A DNA stretch of 64,000 nucleotides, from the NCBI GenBank assembly GCA_010405405.1, contig MU004232.1:2065481-2129480 (forward strand), written 5' to 3'. Below the pieces are notes generated by a model. The model did no database searches. It was not told the DNA's origin and saw only the letters and a list, made by a program, of their open reading frames with translations. Every line of letters begins with the position of its first letter. The stretch's first letter is position 1. Below are positions 1 to 18,577 of this stretch, one piece after another. Source of the stretch: Microthyrium microscopicum. Lineage: Eukaryota. The position numbers and the translations under genes were made by a program.

Positions 1-1837
1 CAAAGACCATCTTCTTCCTCGACTATTTGGATGTTTCTGAAGGGACCGACTCGAGCGCCGGCCCAGAGAGTGTGTAGAGTTTTGCCACTTTTGAGCGAGA
101 ATATTCGAATTGATCCATTGCCTTGGGCTGCGGCGATAATGCCTAGGTTCTGAGAGACATCAAACCCGAGGTCGGGTGCAGGATAGAGCCGGTTGTGATG
201 ATCAAATCTGTGAACTGGTTGAGTGAGAAGTCTAGTGGGCTGTGGCGCATTGCCAAAGGGTTTTCCAAATGGCACAAGCTTGTCCTTCATAAAGCGAAGA
301 TCATAGGTGAGGAGACAATCTTCGATGCCGTTGACGACAAGGTAGTTTCCGTTATAGTCAACGTAGGAAATGTTGGTAACCTGGCCTGGGTGACGTATTT
401 TCGAGTCCCCCATCGTATTAGAACGCATATCGTATCCAAAGACATGTCCCTTGAGCATGCCAGCACTAACGAGGTTATCGCCTATTAGTTTGATGGCTGT
501 AACACTCCCTAAATCATGGATCAATGGCTTTCGTAAGCAAGTGTTAGTGAAACAAGCGCCTTGACCGTAAATGGCGTGCTCAATTCCATTCTTTGTGCCA
601 GACCAGATTTCCAAAGTGTCAACCATATTTGGAACAATACGGGTGTCTGAACAATTTACAATCGAATGTTTTTCAAAGTTGATGCGGGTCTTTCGGTTCT
701 GAGGTCCGTAACGACAACCCACTTGGACACATGGCAATCTCTGGTCTACTAGGCAGCCGAACTCATGAGTTAGCACGCCGGACCGTGGTGGTGCTCTACG
801 AGAATTGCGTGCAAGAGCTGCTTGAGAAAAGCTGCTAGGACGAAACGCATTACCGTCAGGTTGGACCAGTGATTTTGTCAATGCAAGACATGGACCGTCC
901 CTGTCAAATAAAAACGACGCATGTCCAGGGACAACATTGAACCATCTTTCCACTGAAGCGTTTTGCCATAGCCCGATTTGCTTCACAGCGGTTAAATGGA
1001 GTCCAAAAGCATCAGCTGGAGGGACAGGATAGTGAGATTTATATGGCGTGCGGTGGTAGTAAAAGGGATAGTTTGTGTCCAAGCACGCAGCCCAAATTTG
1101 GTAATGACGTGTTGGGCCTATCATATCATACGCGGGTGCGACATATAGAATTTTCAGTAGTGGGTCATACTTAAAGGCTTGAACCTCTGCGTGTGGAAGT
1201 GCTGGATTTAGACAAGACGCATCCAATACAATTGCAGGATATTGTAGTGGATGAGGAAAATCGTCTGAATTAGCCGTCGCGCCGAATGTAGAAAGACAAT
1301 ATGAAGCTGCTGCTTCTTTTCTGCTTAGAAATTTGTGCGAGAAATTGGCTTCTTGGAGAACGACCGCTCCAGCAACTTGGTCTTTGAAACTCTCTTTGCG
1401 CTGAATGCGCGGATGGGCTTGGAGGTTTGCGAGTTGCTCTCGCTTTTTCTTGGCCAAGGTTCTGGTTTCATCCGCAGCTGATATTGTTGCATGAGTGTGG
1501 TCCTTTTGGAGGGTGAACCATTTTCCTTTGGACGCATCAAAGTGGAAACCTCTTGCCTCCATCAGCTGGTCCAAAGCACTTTGAGCAGGCTTTGGGTCTG
1601 GTTTTGGTTGCCGCGAACGCGGCCTGAACTCGCCAGTTCTGTAAACGATTAATAACCCATCTATGCCGATCCATTGAATGCAATGCGTGTTTTGAACTGT
1701 CGAGACTCGACGGTAGGAGTAACCATCACTTACATGGCGGAGTTGCCATCCTCGAGCAATGGCTTGCCATCTTGGTAGTCTTGATCCAGTCGCTGCCGCT
1801 TTCGTTGGCGGGCGCGGGCAGCACCGTTCTTTGCCAT
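1..1837 (-). CDS. DCAF4/WDR21-like WD40 protein, multi-exon, 3' end runs off the window
   Basis: Manual translation: ATG at 1837 (MAKNGAARARQRKRQR), then a GTAAGT intron, then GFHFDASKGKWFTL, which resembles the N-terminal GFYYD..K.KYF motif of DCAF4-like proteins. A WD-like tail (LGFDVSQNLGIIAAAQGNGSIRIFSLKSGKTL) lies near 70-170. Not present in the ORF track. Confidence 0.65.
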
Positions 1838-2392
1838 TGATTTTGTGGTGCAACCTGCCAATTTGTTAGTACGCTTTGCAAAGTCTCAGTGCTGTTCACT
1901 TGGACGCCAGTCGCTAGCCAGTGATTTCGCCAGGTCACACCAGGGTCACGACACATTCAAGATCGCCACGATATCGTGCAAACGTGAGACTTACTAGCTT
2001 TTAAAAGTGGCAAGCCTGGTTGAGAGTCCTATGAAGAGACAGTCATGCTGACTGGAAATAAAAAAGAAGGAGATAAGGGGCCTCGAGGTGGTGACAAAGT
2101 TGACATTTGCTCAAAAACCGGGTAGACACGTGACTAGTTTGTTGGTATAAAAGTTAGGGAAGTCGCATTTAGATCGCAACTTCCCGCCATGGCCACAATT
2201 GCAAACGGGAAGTTACGACGGGCGGGCCGCACCTGCCTTTGCCAGTCAACATGGCGAAGGCACCTGCCCCAGTTTCTGGAAGGCCCTCCTTCACCTCTCC
2301 CTCTTGGTCCTTGGATGTCGTGGATTCAAAACCTGTCTTCCTTCTTCTCGCTATGCCACCATCGTCAATATATCTTCCCCGACGGAGCCACC

Positions 2393-4266
2393 ATGGCGGA
2401 GATCGCTTCATCCCAGAACTCGCTCACCCTCAAGCCTGACGAAATTCCTCATGTTCGGCTCGATGGCCCGCTCAAGCGTTTGCGAACCCTTGCGGAGGTC
2501 CAGGCTTCAGACGAGACCAGTAAGTTGCTTGCCGCCTAGTGGTCAAGGCCTTTAACGTTAACCTCTTTATAGTCGAAGTCTACATCGCAGAATGTGCTCC
2601 GAAATCTACCAAGGTGGTTCTAGAGTATGCATATTCATGTTCTTGTTGATCTCGAGCCTAACCATGCTGCAGTGCAATGAAGCCATTGTTGCCAGAAGAT
2701 CACAAGAAAATTAACTTGGCCCATTTACGACGACCATGCACGTGTATTCAGCTACCTCCTCCTTTGCAGCCTCGCTTCTGTCCTCCAGGCTTTCTGGAGA
2801 CTCTTGTCAGCTCTCGACGTAAGAAAGGTGGTGCTAAAACAATCTTCGTACTCCTCTGCGCTACCTGTTTGGTCGAAGAAAAGCCATTGATGGACTCCAT
2901 TGAAATCTCCTTACATGACGCTGAACACCCACCGGGAAAACTCCACCGCATTCAAGTACCCCGTTTCGCTCCTACTTCCCCGGAGCAGGCTGAGAAATGG
3001 TCTCTGATGTACTGGCCAACCTCGTTCAAGAATAACAATCCATACGGCCCACATCCTCGCATAATCGCCTTGGCTGAGATCGAATTGACCGAAGAACGGG
3101 AGCTGAACGCAGAAGCTGGCATGAAGCTGGCTCGTCGAGCTGCCGCAGATGGAAAAGAGTGTGGACTAGGAGCTGCGGTCGGCGTTTGCGTTATTGAACG
3201 ATCACCAGAATATGGCGCTCGAGTGGTTGCTGTAGCATCGGATGGCCGTTATAGAGGCACAGCTGGTTGTCATGATGATGAACAGTGTGGAGGCCGTGGA
3301 AACATTCTCGCCCACGCTGTGATGCGGGCAATAGCCTTGGTCGCCTTGAAACGTCGTATCATTGATGGAAAGGCAGGGCCACCTGCAAATCCATTGATGC
3401 ATGCTACTCACATGAATGCTGTCAATCCTCCATCTACAGATGCGCCCAGCGCAACTATTGTCATGGATCAAACGGATTCGCACAGTGATGAAGAGTCTCC
3501 AACATCTCCTGTGTCCATGTCTGCTGCGCTCGAACCGCCTGTGAGAACAGTGCCTGCAAAGGAATTTCCTCCAATGCCATCCTCCTGCCTGGACCTGCTA
3601 CCTCATATGGACTCGTCTTCAAACATTTTCCTTGATTACCCGATAACCGACATGGAAAAAGAATACTTCGATAAACCCACTCTGGCCCCGAAAGGCTATC
3701 TTGCCCTCCAACTGGAACTCTACGTAACCCACGAGCCATGCATTATGTGCAGCATGGCACTCCTCCACTCGCGATTCGGCCGAGTGATATTCGAGAAAGA
3801 AATGCGGTCGACCGGTGCCCTCATCGCTGAACGCCCACCCATGCCATCCATTCTACCCATTTTAATCCCGCGAGAACAAGGCCCCGCTCCCACCAAGAGT
3901 GCCAAACGCCGCCGCAACCGCAAGAATTCGAAGATGCGCGCTCGCGCGATTGTCGAGGCTGAGAAGGCCCGTCCGCTCGGGCCGCCGATAGAATACGGCC
4001 TTTGGTGGCGCGGCCAACTCAACTGGAAGTTTTTATGCTGGCAATGGCGCCAGGATCGTGTAGGCTTTCCCGACTCTCGACCTTCTTCTTCGAACATGTC
4101 TACTACCGGCGCGGGCACACCTTCTATTGAATGGGCCCCGTTGGACCGCGGTGGCCCAGATCCGCGTTCCAGCATGTCTGACTCTCGGCCCTCTATGGAG
4201 GACGACCTGATCGACCGCATTCGGAGCATGACCCTCGACAATCTGGACCAATACACCCACGTTTAA
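2393..4266 (+). CDS. TAD3: tRNA-specific adenosine-34 deaminase, non-catalytic subunit
   Basis: HAVMRAI (V replaces the catalytic E) and THEPCIMCSMALLHSRFGRV zinc motifs; W..YWP motif; LNW-F tail. Two short 5' introns (2520-2572 and about 2625-2672). Start codon inferred. Confidence 0.9.
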
Positions 4267-5362
4267 GCCATCGCATGCTACCTCTTAGATATCTTCCACG
4301 CCCCATCCTCCTGCGTGAGGGTTTGACGAATCTGCTAAGAGCAAATTCTACTTTTCCCTCTGGCTTGTTTTCATGTATAAGATACCCACTTTGTTTTTTT
4401 CTCTTGTTTTTACTCCCTCTTTTGCCCGGTTCAGATTAGATATCCCAGAATCAGTCGGCTTACAGCATGGTTGTTGGAATGCAGGGCACACATACAACTG
4501 TCTCTTTTCTTTTCTTGTCAAATATTGCATAGCGATGGCTGCATGGGCACAAATACACGACCCGTTTATGGACTGGTACCATAGAGTTTTACTGCATAGC
4601 ATGGCGTTAGACACGAGGGGTCCTTTGTCTCATGACAAGCGTTTTTGTCGACAGGCGCAAACCACTTGTTGATGATGATGGATGACGGGACTATATGTAT
4701 GATAGACACGAATAAAGCAATATGTACTATCATCTCTCTCTATTTCGGTGACTTCGGGATTGCTAGACTTGCCACTACATTGAAACAGGAGAAGTAAATA
4801 ATGATTTAACTGATTTCATTTGCTAAAATTGGCGCTCAGGTTGACTGGAGCACCTTTTCCCAACGCACCACAATCATAACAATACTCTATCAAATAATAA
4901 CGAGCAGAATGTCTCCAGCAAGCAAACAACAACACCATGCTGCCAGAAGTAATCCAATCCACCGTTTTGTTGTTGATACTCCCACCTCTTTCTTTCCCTT
5001 CCTCTTTCTAAGCAACAATAGATAAAAAGCAAGGCTATCTATATGGGATACTAGTTGTACAAGAATCGAGCTTTTTTCCGTAGCAAAAAGCAGGGGGCTT
5101 TTGTGGGTTGTATCCAGTTTCCGTAGTCTCTTTTTGTCTATATCCTGAAATCATGATAATTCGTTGTCCGCACTGTAATGTTGGTGGCCCTCTCTCCAGT
5201 CGTCATGTGTATCTTATACAACGATTCGCACACGCTCTTGAACTGCACATGGGAATGCAATTTGCTCGCCAAAGGCGCGAATCGGCAAATCATGCAAACA
5301 ATGTGTACTGCCAACAACAAACACAAGAATCAAAACACGTTCTTTCTTCACACATCTTCTTC

Positions 5363-9859
<4,497 letters not shown>

Positions 9860-10816
9860 GATCAACAAGCCTTCTTGGCAATCATGAAGTAAGGTGGTGG
9901 AGAGCGTGGAGTGCGTGCGGGAATGGTCGAGATTGGGGCAATGCCTGAGCAGTTGGCGGCTGGGGCTCGAGAGTGACGGTCAAGGACGCGACCTGGCGCC
10001 TGGTAGGTAGAAGGAAAGAAGAGGTAGAGAGAAGAAGAGTCCAACCGCGTATGGTTGTGTGCGCAGTTGGAGAGCAGCAGAGGACAGCAGGAAGAGTGGA
10101 GTGGAGAGAGAAAGAGAGAGGTGGTAGTTGGTAGGAGTGGTGATAGCAGTAGCGTTTTGGAATGAGTCTAGTTAGTGCAAGCCAGCAGCCAAGCACCCAT
10201 CAAATCGATTTGGCAGGAGCAAATGCCTGATGCAATGGCCAGCCGGGGAACCACTGCTGGCTGTGACTGCCTAATCGAGGTCAAGTCGTCCATTAGGTTT
10301 AGGGCTGGAACGTTGACCCCATTATCTTCCGATTTGTTCCTGGCTTGTCGCTTGGAGCGGCTCTCAATTGGTGTTTTATCCAGAAATACAACCACCATGT
10401 TCCCTGATCTATTGAGCTTGCCGCACACTAGGAATATTAGATAATTACAATGAGTTTTGTATTATCACTATACGCTAACAGATCTGAGAGTTGGTGTTTT
10501 CCTTCGCTCTCTGCCACACTTGGTAGCCTGCAACATCCCAAAACTACTATATACATGTTCCAAACGCTCTAACCAAACATTGTTCCTTTCCTGTTGCAAA
10601 CTGACAAGTGACATCTGCCGCTAGAGCTCTCATGATAAGACGCCAGAGGTGTGCCTTTTGAAGAGTGACAAAGTAAAGAAAGTAGCATCGCTCCGCCAAC
10701 GCCTCTGCCCTATTGATGAACAAGAACGAATGGGGTAATAATGTAAAAAAAGACTGATGAGGCAAATTATAAAGGACAACATGCAATGAAACAAAAGACA
10801 GGTAGTCCACGTCGTG

Positions 10817-12612
10817 TTAACTCGACCCACAATCAGTAGCGGCTGCTACTGGATAGAACCAAGCAGCAACAGCTATGATGATGTACAGAGCCATAAGCAG
10901 TACACCCTCGAGCCAGTCTAGAGATCAAATTAGTTATACACCAGGTCAGGCGGAAATGCTGGTACTTACGACTTTTGCCATCTCCGATCAGGTAGTTGAC
11001 CAAGATGACAGCAACAAACAGAACAGCAATCTGGAAGTCATCAAACACCAAGGTCATATCCTGACCCATACCCCAGCCAATGACAACCATGAGAGGCAAC
11101 ACAAACAGAGCAATCTGCATGCTTGATCCAACAGCAACACCGATGGCAAGATCCATCTTGTCGCGCATAGCGACAGTGACAGCAGTTGCGTGCTCAGCAG
11201 CGTTACCGACAATTGGAAGAAGAATCAGACCAACGAAGTACTGCGAGATAGGATACTTGCAGGTGACACCGTTGATACTGGAGACTAGGAACTCGGAGCA
11301 GACACCAATGAGAGCAGTGGCCAGGCAGAGTGTAAGCAATGCACCCATGAAGGTAAGATTTGGCTCTTCCTCGTCGTCGTGTTCAGGCTTTTGGACTGAG
11401 CGGTTTTCATTTTGAACTCCACCACCAGAGTGAGCTCCTGCAAAGCCTCCCATTTGAGCGATGCTCTTTCGGAAATCCTTCGGGGGGCGACGCTTCTCAA
11501 CCTTCTGACTGGGCTCGTTGAACTGTGCGCGATGTGTCTTAAGCTGGAAGAACAGGAAGGCACAGTACACTATCAAAAGAATGATTGATGTGCCGTGAGA
11601 TAGCTCTTCATCTGCGTTCGACTTGGATGGATCAAAACCGTTGCCCCAGGTATAGGCGGTAGGAATGATCAGAGATCCAACAGCCAAGGCCAGAAGACTG
11701 GCAGCAGTCTGAGCAACAGTCTCGTTAAAGAACTGCTCCACTCGGTTCAATCCGCCAAAGAAGAAACACATGCCCAAAACAAGAAGCAAGTTGGAAAGCA
11801 TACTGCCAATGAGCGAGGTTTGGACGATAATGATTTCACCTTTGGTCAAGGCAATGACACCGACAATAAGTTCGACAGCATTACTGAATGATGTTAGTAA
11901 TAGAAAATAGGCAAGCAACGTAAACATACCCGAAACTGGCATTGAGCAATCCACCCAACACTTCGCCGACACGTAGTGCCACTTCCTCAGTGGCCATACT
12001 CAGCATCGCAGCAAGAGGAACAATGGCAATGAAATTAATCAAGAAGACAGCCAAAGGATCGACGTTGGTGAAGTTTAGACCGATGCCGACCGGAGCTGCA
12101 ATCAAGAGCCAGTTGATTGTGTACCAACGTGGGAATAGGACATGTCGTAGCTGTTGTCCAACGGGTATAGGGTCGTCCAAAAACATTTTTCTATATAAAC
12201 GTTTCCATCGGCCGTCTTTTTTCCCGTCATGATATTCTTCTTCGCGAGAGGTAGGCGACTCTGCAGTGAGATCATTCTTTTCCAAATCCGTGGTGCTCCG
12301 ATTTTCACCATTATTCCGACGGATCGCACCGCTACCTTCTCCATTGCTTACTGGCGCAAAGTCCTCTGCTTTTGTTGTTTTATTGAGGTCAGTGGGCGAG
12401 AAACTCAAGTCATGGGTGTTTGTACGACTGTCCGGTGCAGTTTGAGCATGATGGATTGCTTCTTCAGTGCCGCCGTCATTGACATCCCGTTCGACGTCGG
12501 TCTGGGCTCGGCGCGGTCGGTCAGAACCACCCCAAAAGTTGTAGTTTCCTTTGCTGGCTTCGCGTCTAGCTTGGCGTCTCGTTGCTCCTATATTAACTGG
12601 AGCAGATGGCAT
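10817..12612 (-). CDS. VCX1: Vacuolar Ca2+/H+ exchanger (CAX family)
   Basis: GGLLNASFG|NAVELI, GSMLSNLLLVLG, GNAAEH, KMDLAIGVAVGSSMQIALF; last exon WLEGVLLMALYIIIAVAAWFYP; two introns. Confidence 0.93.
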
Positions 12613-15600
12613 GGTTAGTAGAGTTGATAAAACTCCCCATAGTTGAGCGCAACTAGATGCGCACGAGTGGAGAGTAAGATGGATGCAGGAGGGACTGACA
12701 GTGTGACATAGCGCTACGAGGATGGGTGCCGGGCTAAATTTATTACAAAGAAGCTTTGGCGCGCTTTTGTGATCCTGCGAAGGGTACAAACAACTAGGGC
12801 AGCTTGCTTTGGTCAAACGACGATTATCCACTTGGTGCAAGCTTGATTGAACGTCAAGTTTGATGTTGAAAAGGCTTTTGGTAGAATGGCGAACAAAGTA
12901 CCGTGTAGCGAAGTATTTTGTACTAGAGGGCTTCGATTTGGCTCTCTATTCACTTCAATGTTAGTAGGTGATCTCGACGCTGTAGGCTGTAGGTAGCCTA
13001 TGTCACCGCCTCAATTACGCCGCTCTCAATTTCTGTTCAGGCTCTAGTTTCACTGAGCCACAGAAGCTTAGGAAACAAAATGGATGATGATTGTGGGGCG
13101 AGGCGGGTTCGAGGTGGATTTGGCAGTGATACGGAGTATCCAGTTGCATATGCAGCTTAGAGGCGGGCTGGAGGAAGGATATTTTACCTATCAAGAAGCT
13201 CAAAAGGTGAAATTTTGGGGCTGTGCACTGAGGTGTCCTCGCAGGGCCTCTACTGCAAAAGTGGTTGGCGCGACAGGGGAAGTGTAGATGACGTTCGCGT
13301 CAATTGAGTAAGGAGGTGAGCGCGAGATTCCGCAATCCAATGCGCGCAAGGAGGGCCGAAGTTAAAGTGATAGATTGAGGTAGGAAAGAAGTTGATTAAG
13401 AGAGAAGGCAAGTTGAAAGGAGGTTGAGAGAGAAAGAGCGAAGGCAATGGTCAAGTCAAGGTCAAGACTCAAACAGAGCTTGATTGACTTGGCATGAGCA
13501 GCGTTTGCTGGCACGTTGGCAGGAGGAATTCTACCAAGGTCCAAGACAGATGAGCAGCGAGCAAGGCGCGATCCATGACCATATTCTCCTTGGCAATTCA
13601 GTCCTTGACAAAATTACTGGTGAGCGGGAAGAAGCACAAAGATCAAGCTATCCGCTAAGCATCTAGCGACTGAGTTGGCGCATAGCACGGTCGGCGCAGG
13701 CTTACCCGCGTCGAAAAGGAATCGGTTCAATTCGTACTGCGTACAGCATCTGTCCAATTCTCGTATTACGATTTTGAGTATCTTAATCCAGACCTGCTTA
13801 TGAATTGCCTAATGAATCACAAGTCAGGATAGCTTCCAGGCCAAGAAGAAACCAGGATTCAATTCAACGGCCATTTGGGGTTGCAATCACCGAATTCTCA
13901 GCCATTGGCTCATTTGGGATCTGATAATCATGGAGTTGTGGCTCTCACATCGAAATGTTAACGGGTTAGCTTCACCAGGATACGCTTCTAGTACGCACGG
14001 AACCGAGCCTTCCAACCGCTTGCTACCATTGATATGTCACAGCTACCATATGCAGTATTTGAATTACTTACACCAAGCCTCGATACATGCCTCTGATATT
14101 ACAACGACTGATGCACGTCTAGGATGGCTCGTTTCTTGGTGATGTCATGAAACATTACGATTCAAAACCGGGCATTGACAGCAAGAGCAGGTGTGCCGTG
14201 TCGCTGCACAGTCTGCAGCGAAGCCCAGAAGAATGGCTGTCGGATTGCAGCGATCAGGGGTTGAGAGATCTTGGCGGCTACTTTTACCGCTCAATCTTCC
14301 CCATAACCGCCAATCGGGCACCAGCATCTCTACTTCAGTCTTCCAACCACGCGATTGATCTTGCTTTGCCCCTTCGCACAACCGCCTCGCCTTGCATCGT
14401 GTACTCCAATACACACGTCATTGTACTCCAAAAGATACAGGAGCTTGGTTCAATTGCACTGTTATGGGACACGAGATATCATGTTGATACCCGAGGTCTG
14501 ACGAAATGCGGGTGACAAAGTGATACCAGATCTGCCGTGCTGCTTCAAGAACCCACCATCCGATTATCTATCCACCTCGACTATAGTAAGAAGAAAGCTT
14601 GAGTCGAGTTCTCATTTAAACGAGTCAGGCGATACCTTCCTCAACACTGATCGAACGGTACCATGGAGTGCAACGACGTGTTCATCGTGTAGTAAGTGTC
14701 AGAAACCTCAATCCTCCCGACAGTCGACGTCTTTCCTCCATGCTCAGTCACAGGCTTACCAAGATGCGCGGAACCTCTACATCTGGTGCGGTGCCAGGAC
14801 AGAGTTTGCTTTCGTTGCGGATCACTGTGTGGCATTTTTTATCTCCCCTTCAATATAGTGGCAGGCTGCTTCGGCGTGCCAGCCCCAGGAAAGGACCATT
14901 GCCATGATTGTATTGTGCATGCACCAGTGGGAGAAGTATTATGGCAATAGGCACGAAGAGATTGGAGGGATGCATTGCTACTACCGCGGGGCTGGCAAAG
15001 ATGGGAGAGTAGAGTCGTCGCAATTACTTGATCGGGTAAGTGAGTGAGGCTCGTGAGAGGTTGTTGATTTATGGGGCTGGGATGGATAAGATCGCTGTGG
15101 ATATGCCCTATGTTGGCAGGGTAGGTTTAGGAGCTTTGGTAATGGTCAAAGTCTTGAAAAAGGCGTATCCTGGTCTGTTAAGTTGAAAGTGATAGCTTTG
15201 GTGAAAGGTACTTATGTTGAGAAGTAAAATGATTGCACTCACTGAGGCTTGACAAAACCTACAGATTCACTGTTAATAGGCTGATGCTACAAGAAACACA
15301 AATACCAGAAAGACATCCCGTAGATATCATAGAAAAAGCAGGATCACCAAAGTCGTCGTATTTGATGGGCAATGCCTTCATTTAGTACTAAATTTTCGAC
15401 GCCAGCACACACGACAATCGACTTCTGTGTTCCGCTACACTAAACTTACTTGCCGCGACATCAACGTGTCTTTATCCCTCTATATTGTTTGCTCTATAAT
15501 TACTGAATCACATGTACCCTGCCCTTCAACAACCTTGATCTTCCCCTGTAGTAACGGAAAAATGATATACAAGAACATAACATCACTGACTAGACGTAGA

Positions 15601-15758
15601 GAATCAAGGAAATGGAGAGAAGCTGCAACAGACAATAGCCGATCTGGCCATTCAAGCACCGTATCATTCCAATGCTAAACTAACGGTAATATCTCTTTCA
15701 AGAGAATCCAAAGTGAGTCTACCCAGACCCCTTGTTTTTCTACAGTAACACATTACCG

Positions 15759-17349
15759 CTACCGCCAAACGCTACCATTAGAGTGCCCATTTGCGTGCCC
15801 ATTCTGTTGACTACCCAGTGAGCACGCAATGACGCCCTCTCTCGCTTCACCAACATTAGAAGCCACCCGCAGCACTGCGTCCTCAAAGGTGTGCATAGCC
15901 GAAGCCAATTCTTGAACGCGTTCCTTGCCTGCATCTTCACCAGCCGTCCGTCGAAGTACACGATGTAATTGTTCATTGGCTCCCTCCTCTACGGCACCTA
16001 GATGTTGCGTGATCTCGTTGATTTGCTGCATGTATCGTTGAAGACGCTTATCTAGCTCGTCTGCCTGTTTGTCGAAGTAAGGTACCATGTTTGTCGATGC
16101 AAAGACATCACCATCGTGATCGTTCGAACCAGCGCCACCCCAGGACGTGCCGTATTGATATTGAGCAGGCAGTTTCAGGTGTTCGATAGCGCCGAATACC
16201 CGACGGGCGTCTTCTACATCTTTGGCGACAAGATCTTTCACTGTGCCGACTTCTGCTGCATCGCGATCGAGGGTGAGTGCGACAGTTTCGAGTTTCTTTT
16301 CCACATAATCCACATCGTCTGGTATCGGCTTGAGACTTAGTTTATGGCCTGGCATGAATGCTGTGATTTGCCCCATGAATCTTATTTGTTCCTGGATAAA
16401 ATCATCTACGTGGACAATATCTCGCTGGAGGCCGTCATGGAGTTCGAAGAAGCGTGTGGTTGGTTTGACGTTTTGAACGTCTATTCTTACGCCTGGGACG
16501 ACGGTTTGCTGCTGCTGGTTTTGTTGTTGCTGTTGTCCAAGTAGTCCCCCAGTTCCACCGGTTCCAAGGCTAGAAAAAAGAGGTGCCGGACCATTAGCTT
16601 GTTGTTGCTGTGGTTGTTGTTGCTGTTGTGCGCCAGCGTTACCAAATAAACTACTACCCGCCGCTTGTGGTTGTGAAGCCGGGGCATTGAACAAACTTGC
16701 TGCAGGTTTTGCTGCTCCGAATATCGATGCGCCCGCTGCAGGTGCGCTCACAACAGTGTTGACAGAACCAGGAACCCCAGGAGATATACTTGGTGCTTGG
16801 ACCTGTATGGCAGGTACTTGTAAGAGGCTTGGAGCAGAAGTACCTGGAGCTGCTGTTTGCGCATTGTTGCTAGTAGCACCAAAAAGACCTAGCTTGGGCG
16901 CCTGTGTTGTGTTTGCGCCAGCTGCAGAAAATAGACTCGATCCGGCGGCAGTGGTTGTTGCATTTGCGGACGAGCTGAAAAGCCCTCCTCCAAAGGCATT
17001 TGGAGCCGCTGAGGTAGCAGCGCCGCCAAATAGTCCTCCAGGTGCGGGTGAAGCTACATTTGCTGCTGGGCCAGAGGTAGCAGCAGCAGCATTTCCAAAG
17101 AGACTTTGACCCGGAGCAGATGCTGCTGGCGTAGATGTAACATTTCCGAACAATCCCCCTGCAGCCGGAGCTGATGTATTAGTCGCGGCGCCTCCGAATA
17201 GCCCAGCTCCGCCTGATGTTGTGGTTGGGGTAGAGAAGAGCGGCTTCGAGGTATTGGTATTATTGCTAGACACGGAGTTAGTCTTGATCTTCTTGACAGA
17301 ACATGAGAAATTAAACGACATGTCGCGGGACTTACAAGAATGCAGACAT
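15759..17349 (-). CDS. NUP49: FG-repeat nucleoporin, Nup49/Nup58-like
   Basis: Many GLFG/SLFG repeats, then VPGVRIDVQNVKPTTRF and a coiled-coil C-terminus. Micro first exon MSAF (17336-17349) followed by a GTAAGT...CTAAC...TAG intron. Confidence 0.8.
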
Positions 17350-17982
17350 CGCGAGAGCGCGCGAAAAAGAAGTCAAGGAGATGTTCAAGTGTTGATTGTT
17401 GCGTGTTGCATGCTGGTGTTGACTACCACGAACTTTTGGAGATGCAGAAGCCAACGCGATTCAAAGCTTTCGGCCCGATGCTGCATTTACAGGGGTCTAT
17501 CGGCCCGAGGGCAACCTCAGAATCCAGCTATCCTACTCAAGCTGCCTTCATTCGAGGTGTGGTTATTTTGTTAGAGAAATGTCTTTCTATGACGCTTTGG
17601 TATAGATTAAAGAAAGAAAGAAACTATGTTTATCTTCCATTGAATTGTATTCATTTGCCCCAGTGTTGACTTATCTCAATATTGATTCTTTCGCCAGACA
17701 TAGCGCCATACAGCTCGATATGGACTGACATCAAATAGCTCTGAATACTCGTTTCTGGTTTTTCACATGATACCAAAGCTCGATGTTGAAACTACATCGA
17801 AGTGTCTTGGATGCCCACGAAGCAGCAAGCTCAACAATGCACGAGGCTGACCGCAAGGCTGAAGATCAACCTCGACGTCACTCGTTCGCTGATTGGCCCA
17901 GGGAAACATCGACTTGAACATCAAATTCATTGCCGCAAAGATGAGAAAGACACTTAAAACCAACGCCATCTTCACATCCAAA

Positions 17983-18577
17983 ATGCGGTCCAGAATAATA
18001 CAGTCTCCACTCCTCCACTCCCTCCTAAAACCTCTTCCCACCACCCCAAGCATCCACCTTCGAGCCTTCGCAACAACCAAACCTCGACCCGCCAAAAACC
18101 GCGTCTTTGACCCGTTCGCTCCTCCTTCCCCATACAAGCACAACAAAGTACTAACCAATCCGCAGAGTTCGTAGCCCTGCTGAATTTCAGACCCTCCTAC
18201 TACTACACACGACCCGCAGTGCACCCCTCCTCACGCTCTGGACCGCCTCCTGGTGTCGCACATGCGCCGAGATCGAGCCACTCATCCGCTCGCTGATCGA
18301 GCTCGAGCACTACGGTCTCGAGCAGGGCGGCGTAGGCTATGTCCCGATAGAGCTAGATAGTCCGACGATTGGCGATGTAGGAACAACGTATTCGATAAAA
18401 AGCATGCCGACGCTACTGGCGTTTAGTCGCGGAGAGCCGCAATGGGATACGCGAGTCACAGATCCAAAGATGTTGGAGGATCGAGACTTTTTGATCAAAT
18501 GGATTGAGGAGGAGGCGAGGAGAGGTGGTAAAGGAGGTGCAGGTGGGGGCTTATTTGGCGGTCTGTTTGGGCGGTAG
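17983..18577 (+). CDS. Thioredoxin-fold protein with probable mitochondrial presequence
   Basis: Exon 1 is Arg/Ser/Leu-rich (MRSRIIQ...LRAFATT). Intron 18114-18165. Exon 2 reads LLTLWTASWCRTCAEIEP...YSIKSMPTLLAFSRGE (CxxC motif and cis-Pro loop). Confidence 0.85.

Noticed and set aside
14663..14950. Cys-rich short ORF preceded in frame by ATG..TAG TAA
   Set aside because: No splice model joins the ATG to the Cys-rich frame; no signal peptide or recognisable motif.
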